From: a virus
IMG/VR virus record: IMGVR_UViG_3300000968_000001
Span: 1-58,737 of that record
DNA length: 58,737 nt
Reading direction: 5' to 3' (one strand)
A program made the position numbers and the translations under genes. The notes beneath the pieces are model-generated. The model worked only from the letters and a program-made list of their open reading frames with translations. It was not told the DNA's origin and searched no databases. The number at the start of each line of letters is the position of its first letter. Position 1 is the first letter of the stretch. Shown one piece after another: positions 1 to 8,125 of the stretch.

Positions 1-49
1 TTTAAGCGTAGTTTTGTTCAGTAGTGTTTTCATTGTTTTAAGCGTTTGG
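1..49. repeat. Terminal direct repeat copy 1 (same as 58689..58737); signature of a circularly closed contig
   Basis: The first 49 nt (tttaagcgtagttttgttcagtagtgttttcattgttttaagcgtttgg) are repeated exactly as the last 49 nt of the window. Confidence 0.9.
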
Positions 50-104
50 CTTGTCTCATTAAGAGAGGTCAAGGGGCGACACGCGCCCCCTGCGCTCTTT
101 TAAT

Positions 105-272
105 TCAAACCCATTCTAATTTCCATTTGTAGCAATTAAGAGTTACCGTTTTATTTCTCCTGTCTGGGCAATTAGAATAATCTCTAGGGTAAGCGCAAAA
201 TTTATCAGTTAATTCCGCATCCCTGTATATCCCGATATAAGCACCTTCTTTTCTGGCGTATAATGTAATCAT
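105..272 (-). CDS. Small hypothetical protein (55 aa, MITLYARKEGAYIGIYRDAELTDKF...)
   Basis: ATG..TGA ORF below the 60-aa track cutoff. It fills the gap in a minus-strand gene string and starts 20 nt after the upstream stop. Confidence 0.35.
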   Translation of the reverse strand: MITLYARKEGAYIGIYRDAELTDKFCAYPRDYSNCPDRRNKTVTLNCYKWKLEWV

Positions 273-291
273 AATTTTAAAAGGTTAGTGA

Positions 292-588
292 TTAAGAGAA
301 TGCAGGGTGAGTATTATTTGCTAAGTAGTAAGAGAAATGAGCAAAGTTTCTAGGTCTGAACGTTTCAAGCCTAGACCAATTAACATAAATCATTTCATCT
401 CTTTCTCTAACCCATTCCAGCATCTTGTGCCTATTGGATCGGCTAACAATCCAACCACACTTACTTTTACCATTTCTAGCTTCTCCCCATCCTGACATAA
501 ATTTATCAGTTGCGTAAACGATGAATAAATCACCGTGTTTTTCCTTGAACTCGTTAAGCTCTTCCTGTATATAGTCTGTATTAGTCAT
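292..588 (-). CDS. Hypothetical protein (98 aa from the internal ATG; MTNTDYIQEEL...)
   Basis: ORF 292..645. The ATG at 588 is preferred because the upstream codons overlap a conserved leader hairpin and the gene then starts ATGACTAATAC like its neighbour. Confidence 0.6.
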   Translation of the reverse strand: MTNTDYIQEELNEFKEKHGDLFIVYATDKFMSGWGEARNGKSKCGWIVSRSNRHKMLEWVRERDEMIYVNWSRLETFRPRNFAHFSYYLANNTHPAFS

Positions 589-618
589 AATATTAGTATT
601 GTTAATTTTGTGATTAGT

Positions 619-648
619 CCCTTGCTTGTGCGCTAACACTTGCAAGGG
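619..648 (-). promoter_or_regulatory. Conserved leader hairpin, copy B (7 bp + TT/TT internal loop + 3 bp + 6-nt loop)
   Basis: cccttgcttgtg-cgctaa-cacttgcaaggg. The same architecture occurs at 1050..1079 with compensatory outer-stem changes. Confidence 0.45.
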
Positions 649-702
649 GCGATTCTCATTAAGAGATTCCTGCCCACTGCAAGAGTGAGCGGAGTCTTTT
701 AA

Positions 703-1017
703 TTAGCTATTAAGGTCAGGGTGGCTCAAAGCGTAACCGAAGGCACTGCCCACTGAGTCAACGGCGACTTGATCATCGAGGCTATACCAGTAACAGTATC
801 CGTATTTGTCTGCTAAATCCCTGAGCTTAACGGTTTCGTAGTTTTTACACAAATCAGCGAATCTGTCATCTTGTCTTATAGCATCTAAAAGACGCTTTCC
901 AGAAGCCCGATCGTTTTTCGCAAGGTGAGTTTTCGCAAAAGCTGATACTCTCGATACATATTGAGAGCCATTTAGTTTGACACTCGCCCCTTTTGCTTCT
1001 TCTTTCGTATTAGTCAT
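703..1017 (-). CDS. Hypothetical protein (104 aa, MTNTKEEAKG...)
   Basis: ATG ORF, first gene of the minus-strand string, preceded by leader hairpin copy A. Confidence 0.65.
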   Translation of the reverse strand: MTNTKEEAKGASVKLNGSQYVSRVSAFAKTHLAKNDRASGKRLLDAIRQDDRFADLCKNYETVKLRDLADKYGYCYWYSLDDQVAVDSVGSAFGYALSHPDLNS

Positions 1018-1049
1018 AATTCTAAGTTTGTTTTAGTTTTTTGATTAGA

Positions 1050-1079
1050 GCCTCGCTTGTGTTGTAGCACTTGCGGGGC
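1050..1079 (-). promoter_or_regulatory. Conserved leader hairpin, copy A
   Basis: gcctcgcttgtg-ttgtag-cacttgcggggc, followed (minus sense) by CTAATCA, an A-rich spacer and ATGACTAATAC, as in copy B. Confidence 0.45.
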
Positions 1080-1209
1080 TTGTTTATCTAGTCGCTTTGG
1101 CTTGTTGGCTTCTCTGAAGTTACTGCTCTTTCGCTTTCGATGTCCTATTAAAAACATAGATTGAAATGAGAGTCAATAGTTTATTTCATGTTTTTTCAAC
1201 AAAAACTTG

Positions 1210-1238
1210 TTTACATAAATAATGGGACGTGGTATATA
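1210..1238 (+). promoter_or_regulatory. Sigma70-like promoter TTTACA-N17-TATATA ending about 8 nt before the ATG at 1247 (near-leaderless mRNA)
   Basis: Hexamers and 17-nt spacing read directly from the sequence; sits in the divergent intergenic region 1018-1246. Confidence 0.4.
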
Positions 1239-1246
1239 AAGTTTAT

Positions 1247-1492
1247 ATGGCTAATAAAAAACCAAATACTACAGGGTTAAAACCCGCAACAAAAGGCAAC
1301 ACGAGAGCATTAAAGGAGGAAAGTCAGCGACAATCTAAGAGGATAATGTTTACAGCTACCCAAGATGAGTTTAATGAACTAGAATCACAACAAAAGGAAA
1401 GCGGTCACAAATCCCTCTCTGCATTCATCAGAAACGCTCTAGGCCTTTCCGTCCTAGTCGCATCAACATTTATAGCAAGCAAGATTAAATAA
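1247..1492 (+). CDS. Ribbon-helix-helix (CopG/MobC-like) DNA-binding protein
   Basis: ...SKRIMFTATQDEFNELESQQKESGHKSLSAFIRNALGL fits a beta-strand/helix/helix RHH pattern. First ATG of ORF 1229..1492. Confidence 0.55.
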   Translation: MANKKPNTTGLKPATKGNTRALKEESQRQSKRIMFTATQDEFNELESQQKESGHKSLSAFIRNALGLSVLVASTFIASKIK

Positions 1493-1494
1493 TT

Positions 1495-2279
1495 ATGCAA
1501 CTAGAACTAATTACATTTGAATATAACGACAAGAACCCTTTTCGCTCTATCGACATAAATGGCGAGCCGTGGTTTGTAGCAAAAGATGTCTGCGATGTCT
1601 TAGCTTTAGATACTAGGAATATTAAAAAATACTAGATGATGATGAGTATCAAACTCGACCTCTACAGTGTACACATCAGGTCAGGGAACTCTTGTTAATA
1701 AACGAATCAGGGCTATATACTCTTGTCCTTAAGTCGAGGAAACCAGAGGCGAAACCTTTCAAGAAATGGATCACTAAGGAAGTTATTCCATCCATTCGTA
1801 AAACTGGAGGATATGGAAAGCGCAAAAGCAGTTTCGTATTCCTTAAACGATACCATGCGAACTCTGACAGATTGGACTCTGGCTACTTCTCCGTCATAAG
1901 CGAGCTATTCGTTAGGGTTTACGGCAAGTTAGAGCTTAAAGGCCATATCATACCAGATAAGTCACCTAACGGAAAAGAAATTAGGCCAGATGTAAGCGTA
2001 GGCAAAACGTTCCCTAAGTGGCTAGAGAATCACAAGCACTCGATGCATTATGTAGGAAAGAGAAAAAGATACACTCATTTACTACCAGATGGAACAGAGG
2101 TCGAGGCTTGGCAATATGATAATCTCGTCTTACCCGTGTTCATTCAGTTCATTGAAGAGGAATGGCTTCCTAATAGAGCTTTCGCATACTTCAAAGAGAG
2201 AGATCAAAAAGCGTTGGATTATTTACCTAAGATTATATCACCACCAAAAGAACCCGCAACGAACGAGATAAGAACCTAA
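1495..2279 (+). pseudogene. Bro-N domain antirepressor-like gene interrupted by a 1-nt frame break in an A6 run (1624-1629)
   Basis: 1495..1635 encodes MQLELITFEYNDKNPFRSIDINGEPWFVAKDVCDVLALDTRNIKKY*. The -1 frame continues (K)ILDDDEYQTRPLQCTHQVRELLLINESGLYTLVLKSRKPEAKPFKKWITKEVIPSIRKTGGY, giving a contiguous Bro-N (PF02498-like) consensus if one extra A is assumed. Confidence 0.75.
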
Positions 2280-2340
2280 TCTCAACACGATGAGACAAAA
2301 AACAAGACGTATCACAACATACGTTTGACTAATCTCCAAG

Positions 2341-2370
2341 CCCGTGCTATAACAAGCGCGGGTTTTCTCG
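2341..2370 (+). terminator. Rho-independent terminator after the Bro-like gene
   Basis: cccgtgc-tataacaa-gcgcggg stem-loop followed by ttttctcgttt. Confidence 0.55.
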
Positions 2371-2730
2371 TTTCCCATTACATACCCGAAAGGATGGAAT
2401 AAGAATCGTTGCCATATTGAATAAATAAGGTAACGTGAACAATAGCAGAACTTAAACCTTGAAACAGGTAAGAGACCTACAAAGGATGCGTCCCAAGTAG
2501 AGAAAAGGGTAACTCCATAAAACTGCTAGCGTAGATCATGAACTGATTACGTGAGGGATATAGCGAAGCTGTATTCATAATAATAGGGGTATAAGGGGAT
2601 AAAGCTTCAGCTTTCACTAAATAAGCTTACGAAGTAAGTGCGTAAGCAATAGCCAACGGCAACTGAGTCACACACGCACCAATACACTACATGCTTTACT
2701 AATCATCACATATATGATACAAGCGATCAC

Positions 2731-3186
2731 ATGTCAGCTAATACAGAAGCTCTAGAACTAGCATTCAACTCAGGTAACACAACAAAAGACGCCTTAAGGC
2801 AGTTCGTTTCATGCTCAGACATCACAATACAGCGATTCTTAGCAAAGAAAGAAGATGAACTAAAAAGATACAATCTGAACAACAAAGACAATTTAAAGAT
2901 AAATGCTGAAAAAACACGTGAAAAACACCTTGAGATTTACCGAAAAGACCTCGAAATCATAGAAAACGCTATGGCTCTATGCACTGAGGGAGATAAAAAC
3001 TGGATGTTTTACCAGAAACGCAAGAACGAACAGCTTGCAATCATTGAGAAACATGAAGGATGTGAGATAAGTATGAAGGTTGCTGAGAAGATTGCAATCA
3101 ATGGAGCGGAGCAACCAGTGCAAAAACCGATAGACTCAAGCACAAACGCATGGATTCCAGATTGTGGAGACGCAAAAAAAGACTAG
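2731..3186 (+). CDS. Hypothetical protein (151 aa)
   Basis: ATG ORF preceded by about 450 nt of non-coding sequence; no motif recognised. Confidence 0.55.
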   Translation: MSANTEALELAFNSGNTTKDALRQFVSCSDITIQRFLAKKEDELKRYNLNNKDNLKINAEKTREKHLEIYRKDLEIIENAMALCTEGDKNWMFYQKRKNEQLAIIEKHEGCEISMKVAEKIAINGAEQPVQKPIDSSTNAWIPDCGDAKKD

Positions 3187-3430
3187 TTCTGATCACGCTG
3201 AACTAAAAAAACTCTACAACGCCTTGTAGTTACAGTGTTTGTATTCGAACTTGTAGTTCAAGTAGCGCGTCACGAGGCGCAGATACAGCACTGAGGCACA
3301 GCACAGGGGGCACCCATCAAAGGGTCCCCGATATGTATAGGACATAGGGTGCCCGTCTGCGCTGTATAGAAAAGAAATAAGCGATGCCGACTATGTTATC
3401 TATACATATAAGCACGCACAGAGAGATGGG

Positions 3431-3991
3431 TTAAATACACGGCAAGGTTAATTCTATTTGAGTGTCTACAATTATTTTAATAGATTTTTTGATATTATCC
3501 TTAACTGTTAATGGCTGTAAATTAGTGTAGTGTCCAGCTATAGCTCTGTGTTCTTTATCGGTTAAGTCGAACAAGCTTAATGGGATGACATGATCTACGT
3601 GCCATACTGACCCATAGTTTTCCCAATTCATTTCTTTAGTGAACTGTGATTCCATATGTTTCTGGAATTGATATGGTGATGCGTTAGATTCATTTTTTAA
3701 TTGATTAACTAAACATGCCTTTATCCTTTTTGAGGCTATAGTCCTAGCTTTATGTGCGTTAGGGTGGGCTTTTGGTTCTTTCTTTTTGATCTTCTTACCA
3801 GTGTTTAGCTTTAGCTTGTTCTCGGGTGGTTTTGAAGGTCTTTTTGATTTCCTTCTTAGCTTCCTGCATTCGCAACAATCGTAATTCTTAACCCTCCTTT
3901 CGGAGATATGGCCTCTGCTGCATGGGGCTCCCGTGAAGAATCTACTGAGTCCTTTTCCTATCGCTTCTTTCCTTGAAATTAAATCCATCAT
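3431..3991 (-). CDS. HNH endonuclease (free-standing)
   Basis: C-terminal WHVDHVIPLSLF...GHYTNLQPLTVKDNIKKS (H-N-N/H core); N-terminal Cys cluster CSRGH...CCEC. Confidence 0.8.
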   Translation of the reverse strand: MMDLISRKEAIGKGLSRFFTGAPCSRGHISERRVKNYDCCECRKLRRKSKRPSKPPENKLKLNTGKKIKKKEPKAHPNAHKARTIASKRIKACLVNQLKNESNASPYQFQKHMESQFTKEMNWENYGSVWHVDHVIPLSLFDLTDKEHRAIAGHYTNLQPLTVKDNIKKSIKIIVDTQIELTLPCI

Positions 3992-4060
3992 TAATAATAA
4001 ATCGTGAGTGCTCTCAATATAAGTTTACGCATCAATAGTATTCTTACAAGATTTATGTTA

Positions 4061-4081
4061 TGTAGCCACAATCAGTTTAAT
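4061..4081 (+). promoter_or_regulatory. Conserved 21-mer TGTAGCCACAATCAGTTTAAT, copy 1, abutting gTTGACg
   Basis: Exact copy of the element also at 14436..14456(rc), 43868..43888(rc) and 55386..55406; intergenic. Confidence 0.7.
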
Positions 4082-4121
4082 GTTGACGGGTGGTATTACT
4101 TAATGGTATTGGTTGGTTGTT

Positions 4122-4640
4122 ATGAGATTAAACAAAGAGAAGGTTGAGAGCTTTCGTCTGCATGTTGTGGGCGGTGGTGATGCTGATGAATGGTTTAAAG
4201 AGAAGGGCGTTGAGAGTGATCGAGCTAAGGCTGCATATATTAAGCAGAGTAATGTAGATGAAATCATTGAGGCTATTAAGAATACCTCACTCTACTTTAG
4301 TCTTTGCAATATGAAGCCATCTGACTGGGGGCTTCTGAATCCTGATAGGCTAATGGGGATAAAGCCATCTATCGAAGCGGAGGAGAAGCAATGCCTTAAA
4401 GAAAGATTAATTCAATTGGGGTATATTAAAGATAATGTGGAGAAGCCTTCTGTTGGCGGATCTGATTCTGTTAGTGTTTCTGTTGGCGAGAATGATATTG
4501 TTATCACCAAGGAGGAATACGCTCGTTTAAAAGCTATTGAACGAATGGTTGATAAGCCGCAGAAGTTAATGCTTGATGAATTGAAAGATATTAAGGCTGC
4601 CCACAATGGCAAAGCATTTGTTAAGTGGGAGTTGGCATGA
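4122..4640 (+). CDS. Hypothetical protein (172 aa)
   Basis: ORF 4113..4640, first ATG at 4122. Confidence 0.55.
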   Translation: MRLNKEKVESFRLHVVGGGDADEWFKEKGVESDRAKAAYIKQSNVDEIIEAIKNTSLYFSLCNMKPSDWGLLNPDRLMGIKPSIEAEEKQCLKERLIQLGYIKDNVEKPSVGGSDSVSVSVGENDIVITKEEYARLKAIERMVDKPQKLMLDELKDIKAAHNGKAFVKWELA

Positions 4641-4784
4641 AGAATTTAAAATACTTAGCCTTAATTAGTTTAGGGTGGTCTTTTGGGTCTTGTGATTTCT
4701 CCGATAAGTTAAGTTCATTAGTCTCATTTGCTGGGGTAGTTTTATCTGCGTGTCTTTGTCTGATTTATTTATTTAGAGGTGAGT

Positions 4785-5351
4785 ATGAGTAAATACTGGA
4801 ATTACGAGAAGAAGATGCTTGAGTTTAGGAAGCTTTCTGAGAAGCTGGATGCTCTTTCGGTTGATGAATCTTGCCATCATTCCATAACCTACAATATGGA
4901 TCAGGAGCTAGTGGAAGAAAACTTGTCATTAAAAGCCAAGCTTGTAGAGCGACAAGAGCGGATTAGTGAATTGGAAGAAGCTTTAAGTTTAGCTCTGAAC
5001 TCAGTTTCTAAGAATGCTCAATTAATTATTAGCAAAGCTCAAGAAATCAAGAAGTTGAAAAAACCTAAGTCTAACGAGTATAAAGACCCGCCACTTAATT
5101 ACTTCAGGAAATTATCTTATGATCTAAGTTTTCTCGGTCAGTGGATTTATGAAGTCCATACATCAAAAGATTTTTTTAAAAAGGTAATTAAAAATATTGA
5201 AAAGGAAGTTACGCCTTATGAATTAGGTATATTAAGAAAGCTTTCGCCAGAGAATGGAGTTAATCAAATCACTTATGAAGGCATCAGGTTCGTATTGAGA
5301 GAAGGGATGAGCAAATCTTTTCATGTAGAGATATATAATTTAGAAACTTAG
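4785..5351 (+). CDS. Hypothetical coiled-coil protein. Its position immediately upstream of TerL allows a small-terminase role, but this is unsupported
   Basis: ORF 4779..5351, ATG at 4785 preceded by agaggtgagt (one of the few SD-like sites in the genome). Confidence 0.5.
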   Translation: MSKYWNYEKKMLEFRKLSEKLDALSVDESCHHSITYNMDQELVEENLSLKAKLVERQERISELEEALSLALNSVSKNAQLIISKAQEIKKLKKPKSNEYKDPPLNYFRKLSYDLSFLGQWIYEVHTSKDFFKKVIKNIEKEVTPYELGILRKLSPENGVNQITYEGIRFVLREGMSKSFHVEIYNLET

Positions 5352-5392
5352 CGGCGCGTTGGTCGCTCAATAAAAGAAACGCGGAATAAAGT

Positions 5393-5416
5393 AAGCACGC
5401 TGTGAAGCGTCCTGAA
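5393..5416 (+). promoter_or_regulatory. Conserved 24-mer AAGCACGCTGTGAAGCGTCCTGAA, copy 1 (ACGCT-GTGA-AGCGT hairpin)
   Basis: Exact repeat of 8725..8748; ends 6 nt before the TerL ATG at 5423. Confidence 0.7.
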
Positions 5417-5422
5417 ACACTT

Positions 5423-7420
5423 ATGAACTTAGAAGAACTACACCAGAGATTTGACGGATTCCCTACTGACGCCAGTAGGGCGGAAATGATGTCTCTTGCT
5501 TATACGAAAGTTAATTGGGAGGGGGTTAAGCACCGTGATCAAGTTTCTTCTGTATTAATGGGCAATGTTGATTACTGGAATAGCGGTGAGTTCTCTAGCC
5601 CATTGCAAGCAGAGTTATCTATCCTTAGGGGGGTGGATCAATATAAGTGGCATACAGAGCAACCATTTGGAAAGCCTATGTGGGAGCATCTATGCTGCTT
5701 AATGAAGCTCCTTAATCCTCAAAAGACAGATATACTCACTGGACTCTATGACTCAGCACAAGCTTTCTGCATATTACTAGGGACGGGCGGGAAGGTGCTT
5801 AATCAGTTAGGTGCGCGGTCAATGAGTAAGACGGGTGGTAATGTCCGATTAATGAGAGCATTAATGACCATTAAGCCAGAAAAGACGATGTTGTTCATTT
5901 CTTGCCCTACTGAGAAGGTTTCGGACACGGGCGCATGGGGTGACTTCAGGGCTATCTCAAATGACGCTCATAAAAACAATCCGCACCTATTCCCTGACTA
6001 TAAGGATTACAAAGATCGATTAGTTAGATTCATCAATAGTGATGATAAGTTCGGGGTGGCAATGGCTCGAACAACTGCTGAGGCGGGTAACTACCAAGGA
6101 ACTAAAGGGCATGAAGATGGTGATGGCTTCATCATTGTTTTTAATGAGGAGATCAATAAGCATCCAAGGTCTGCTTACATGGAGATTGAGGAGAATGTTA
6201 CCTCAAATAGACAGTTCATGTTCTTCAACGCTTGGAACTGGAAGAAAGATACCGATATGGGCGCAGTTGTATCTGAGCCTGATGCAGAGCGTTGTCAACT
6301 TAAGCAGCATAGTGATATTGATATAGATAATGATCAAGTCTATGATTGCGTAGGGGAGGGGCTTACAGTGCGATATGATGGGTTGTATTCTATCAACATG
6401 CTAGCGGGGCAGAGGCTTACTCCATATACCTTCTTTAATTACCAAGATGACTTCATGCCGCTACTCAAAAGGTATGGAAAAGAACACCCAACCTTTAAGT
6501 CACAAGCTAGAGCATACCCAGGTGCTAGCGGGGAGCACGAGACAGTTCTTTCACAAACAACCGTATTAAAATCTAGGTATAAAGATGTATTCACGGTTAA
6601 GAAAGTTATTGGTCGCACGGCGTTCTTAGACCCTGCATTTGGAGGGAAGGACTCACCTGAGTTTAGTTGGGCTGAGACACAAGAGATTTGGTATCACGAT
6701 GGAGGGGATGCCAAGGACAGGAAGGTTGCTACCGTTCTCGTATGGAAGGATTACATTAGAGCATTGAAGTTAGTTGCTGAAGCTCGATGGAATGACTTCT
6801 GGATAGAACGCGCTACGAACGCGGGTTTAATCATGACTCATGTTAAGCCTAATGAGCCTATTAACTATTCTGAGCAACTGGTGGTGCAAGTAGCGGAGAA
6901 GTGCAAGCAATACGACATTCCGTGGCGGAACTACGGGTTTGATTTCTCTATGGATGACACGATCATGACAGCTCATGATAAGCTTATGGGTTTTGATCAT
7001 AGTCCGTATAAGTATAATGTCACTAAGCTGGATGGGATTGAACTACCTCACCTCAATACAAACAGTAAGGATTTGTGCTACAATAAGCGTGACGAACTAT
7101 TTTTCCAAGCAGCAGGTATGTTTGAGAATCAAATGATCAGGAATGGAATGTTCATTGATCCAGCTATTGATGATTTATGCCGAACACGCTACGATGTGCG
7201 CGGGAGTAAGCGTAAGATTGAAGATAAAGCGGAGTTTAAGAAAAGGAACAGAGGACGTTCCCCTGATAAATTAGATGCCATGGTTGGCAACATAGACATG
7301 GCTAGAAGAAGAACAGGCTTGAAACAATTAAAGATGTCTGTTAAGAGTGTGAAACCTCAAAGCTTTTTTAGTGGAGCAGTGAGTGAATTTAATAAGGTAA
7401 GAAAAGGATTAAGATTTTAG
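5423..7420 (+). CDS. terL: Terminase large subunit
   Basis: Walker A-like GARSMSKTGG, Walker B-like GFIIVFNEE, nuclease motifs AFLDPAFGGKD and SPDKLDAMVGN; size and position upstream of the portal. The track start, GTG 5402, lies inside the conserved 24-mer, so ATG 5423 is preferred. Confidence 0.85.
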   Translation: MNLEELHQRFDGFPTDASRAEMMSLAYTKVNWEGVKHRDQVSSVLMGNVDYWNSGEFSSPLQAELSILRGVDQYKWHTEQPFGKPMWEHLCCLMKLLNPQKTDILTGLYDSAQAFCILLGTGGKVLNQLGARSMSKTGGNVRLMRALMTIKPEKTMLFISCPTEKVSDTGAWGDFRAISNDAHKNNPHLFPDYKDYKDRLVRFINSDDKFGVAMARTTAEAGNYQGTKGHEDGDGFIIVFNEEINKHPRSAYMEIEENVTSNRQFMFFNAWNWKKDTDMGAVVSEPDAERCQLKQHSDIDIDNDQVYDCVGEGLTVRYDGLYSINMLAGQRLTPYTFFNYQDDFMPLLKRYGKEHPTFKSQARAYPGASGEHETVLSQTTVLKSRYKDVFTVKKVIGRTAFLDPAFGGKDSPEFSWAETQEIWYHDGGDAKDRKVATVLVWKDYIRALKLVAEARWNDFWIERATNAGLIMTHVKPNEPINYSEQLVVQVAEKCKQYDIPWRNYGFDFSMDDTIMTAHDKLMGFDHSPYKYNVTKLDGIELPHLNTNSKDLCYNKRDELFFQAAGMFENQMIRNGMFIDPAIDDLCRTRYDVRGSKRKIEDKAEFKKRNRGRSPDKLDAMVGNIDMARRRTGLKQLKMSVKSVKPQSFFSGAVSEFNKVRKGLRF

Positions 7421-7422
7421 TT

Positions 7423-8124
7423 ATGGAGCCGATTAAAACAATACTATCAAGAAAGCCATATTTCAGATGTGCGGATAGAAAGAACCGCAAGGTTACGGAT
7501 TGCTTAGTGCGTGGTCGCCCTACAGAGGATTACTGGAGTGTTAAGTTCGTATTGAATGGCGTTCCTTATGAAACACCGAAAGGGAGGTGGAAAGAATCAA
7601 TAGAGTTAATGCGTGATGTATTAATTGTTAATGGCGTAAAGGATGCTGAATTAATCGCAGGCACATCGTGCAACTACGATTGGTTGATTAAGTCAAAGAA
7701 AGAGAATCAGTTAGTCGATCCAGAAACGCTTTTAAACTCCAGTGAGTTAGTCAACTTAACGATTACTCAAGGAGTGGTTACTGTGGAGAAAGAAGAACGT
7801 GAATTTAAAAGCCCTGATTTCTGGGGTGCGATTGACTGGCAGTATATGGGAATGGAGTTAGGATTCGATGACGTGACGGTAAGCAGCTTTAAGTCATTAA
7901 TCAATCGTGAGGCTCGAAAGCTTAATCCAGCACTTAATCCTAGCCGTGGATGTGAAACGTGCTATGGTCATTGGCTAGAGGCTATTAAAGGGTATAATCA
8001 CACAGTTACTACAGTTGATGGCGCGAGGAAGTGGCTATGGGAAACACACAACGAGGTTAACAAGCGGGAAGGGAAAGAAATCTTCTCATGGGACGATGCA
8101 GTTAAGCAATACGGATGGGATTAA
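7423..8124 (+). CDS. Erv1/ALR-family FAD-linked sulfhydryl oxidase-like protein (C-terminal domain) with an unknown N-terminal domain
   Basis: GCETCYGHWLEAIKGYNHTVTTVDGARKWLWETHNEVNKREGKEIFSW shows CxxC, then W..HNEVN...GK..F, as in ALR (PCEECAEDLRK...WLCHLHNEVNRKLGKPDF). Confidence 0.7.
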   Translation: MEPIKTILSRKPYFRCADRKNRKVTDCLVRGRPTEDYWSVKFVLNGVPYETPKGRWKESIELMRDVLIVNGVKDAELIAGTSCNYDWLIKSKKENQLVDPETLLNSSELVNLTITQGVVTVEKEEREFKSPDFWGAIDWQYMGMELGFDDVTVSSFKSLINREARKLNPALNPSRGCETCYGHWLEAIKGYNHTVTTVDGARKWLWETHNEVNKREGKEIFSWDDAVKQYGWD

Positions 8125-8125
8125 T

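Noticed and set aside
1-49. The 49-nt terminal repeat as a biological direct terminal repeat of a linear genome
   Set aside because: An exact overlap of this length at contig ends is the usual signature of assembling a circular or circularly permuted molecule. A gene (58536..58721) starts inside it and the minus-strand operon continues across the junction. The true physical ends cannot be inferred from the sequence.
3187-3430. GC-rich pairings (gggcaccc/gggtgccc at 3308-3315/3347-3354; ctacaa/ttgtag at 3213-3228) between convergent genes, as a possible riboswitch or ncRNA
   Set aside because: The location between two convergent stops and the lack of any recognisable conserved motif make ordinary bidirectional termination structures the simplest explanation.
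4061-4081. Reading the 21-mer as a Bacteroidota-type promoter (TTTG ... TAnnTTTG)
   Set aside because: Neither orientation contains TAnnTTTG at a sensible distance from a TTTG/TTG box (TACATTTC/TACATTTT are only partial matches). The function of the element is left open.
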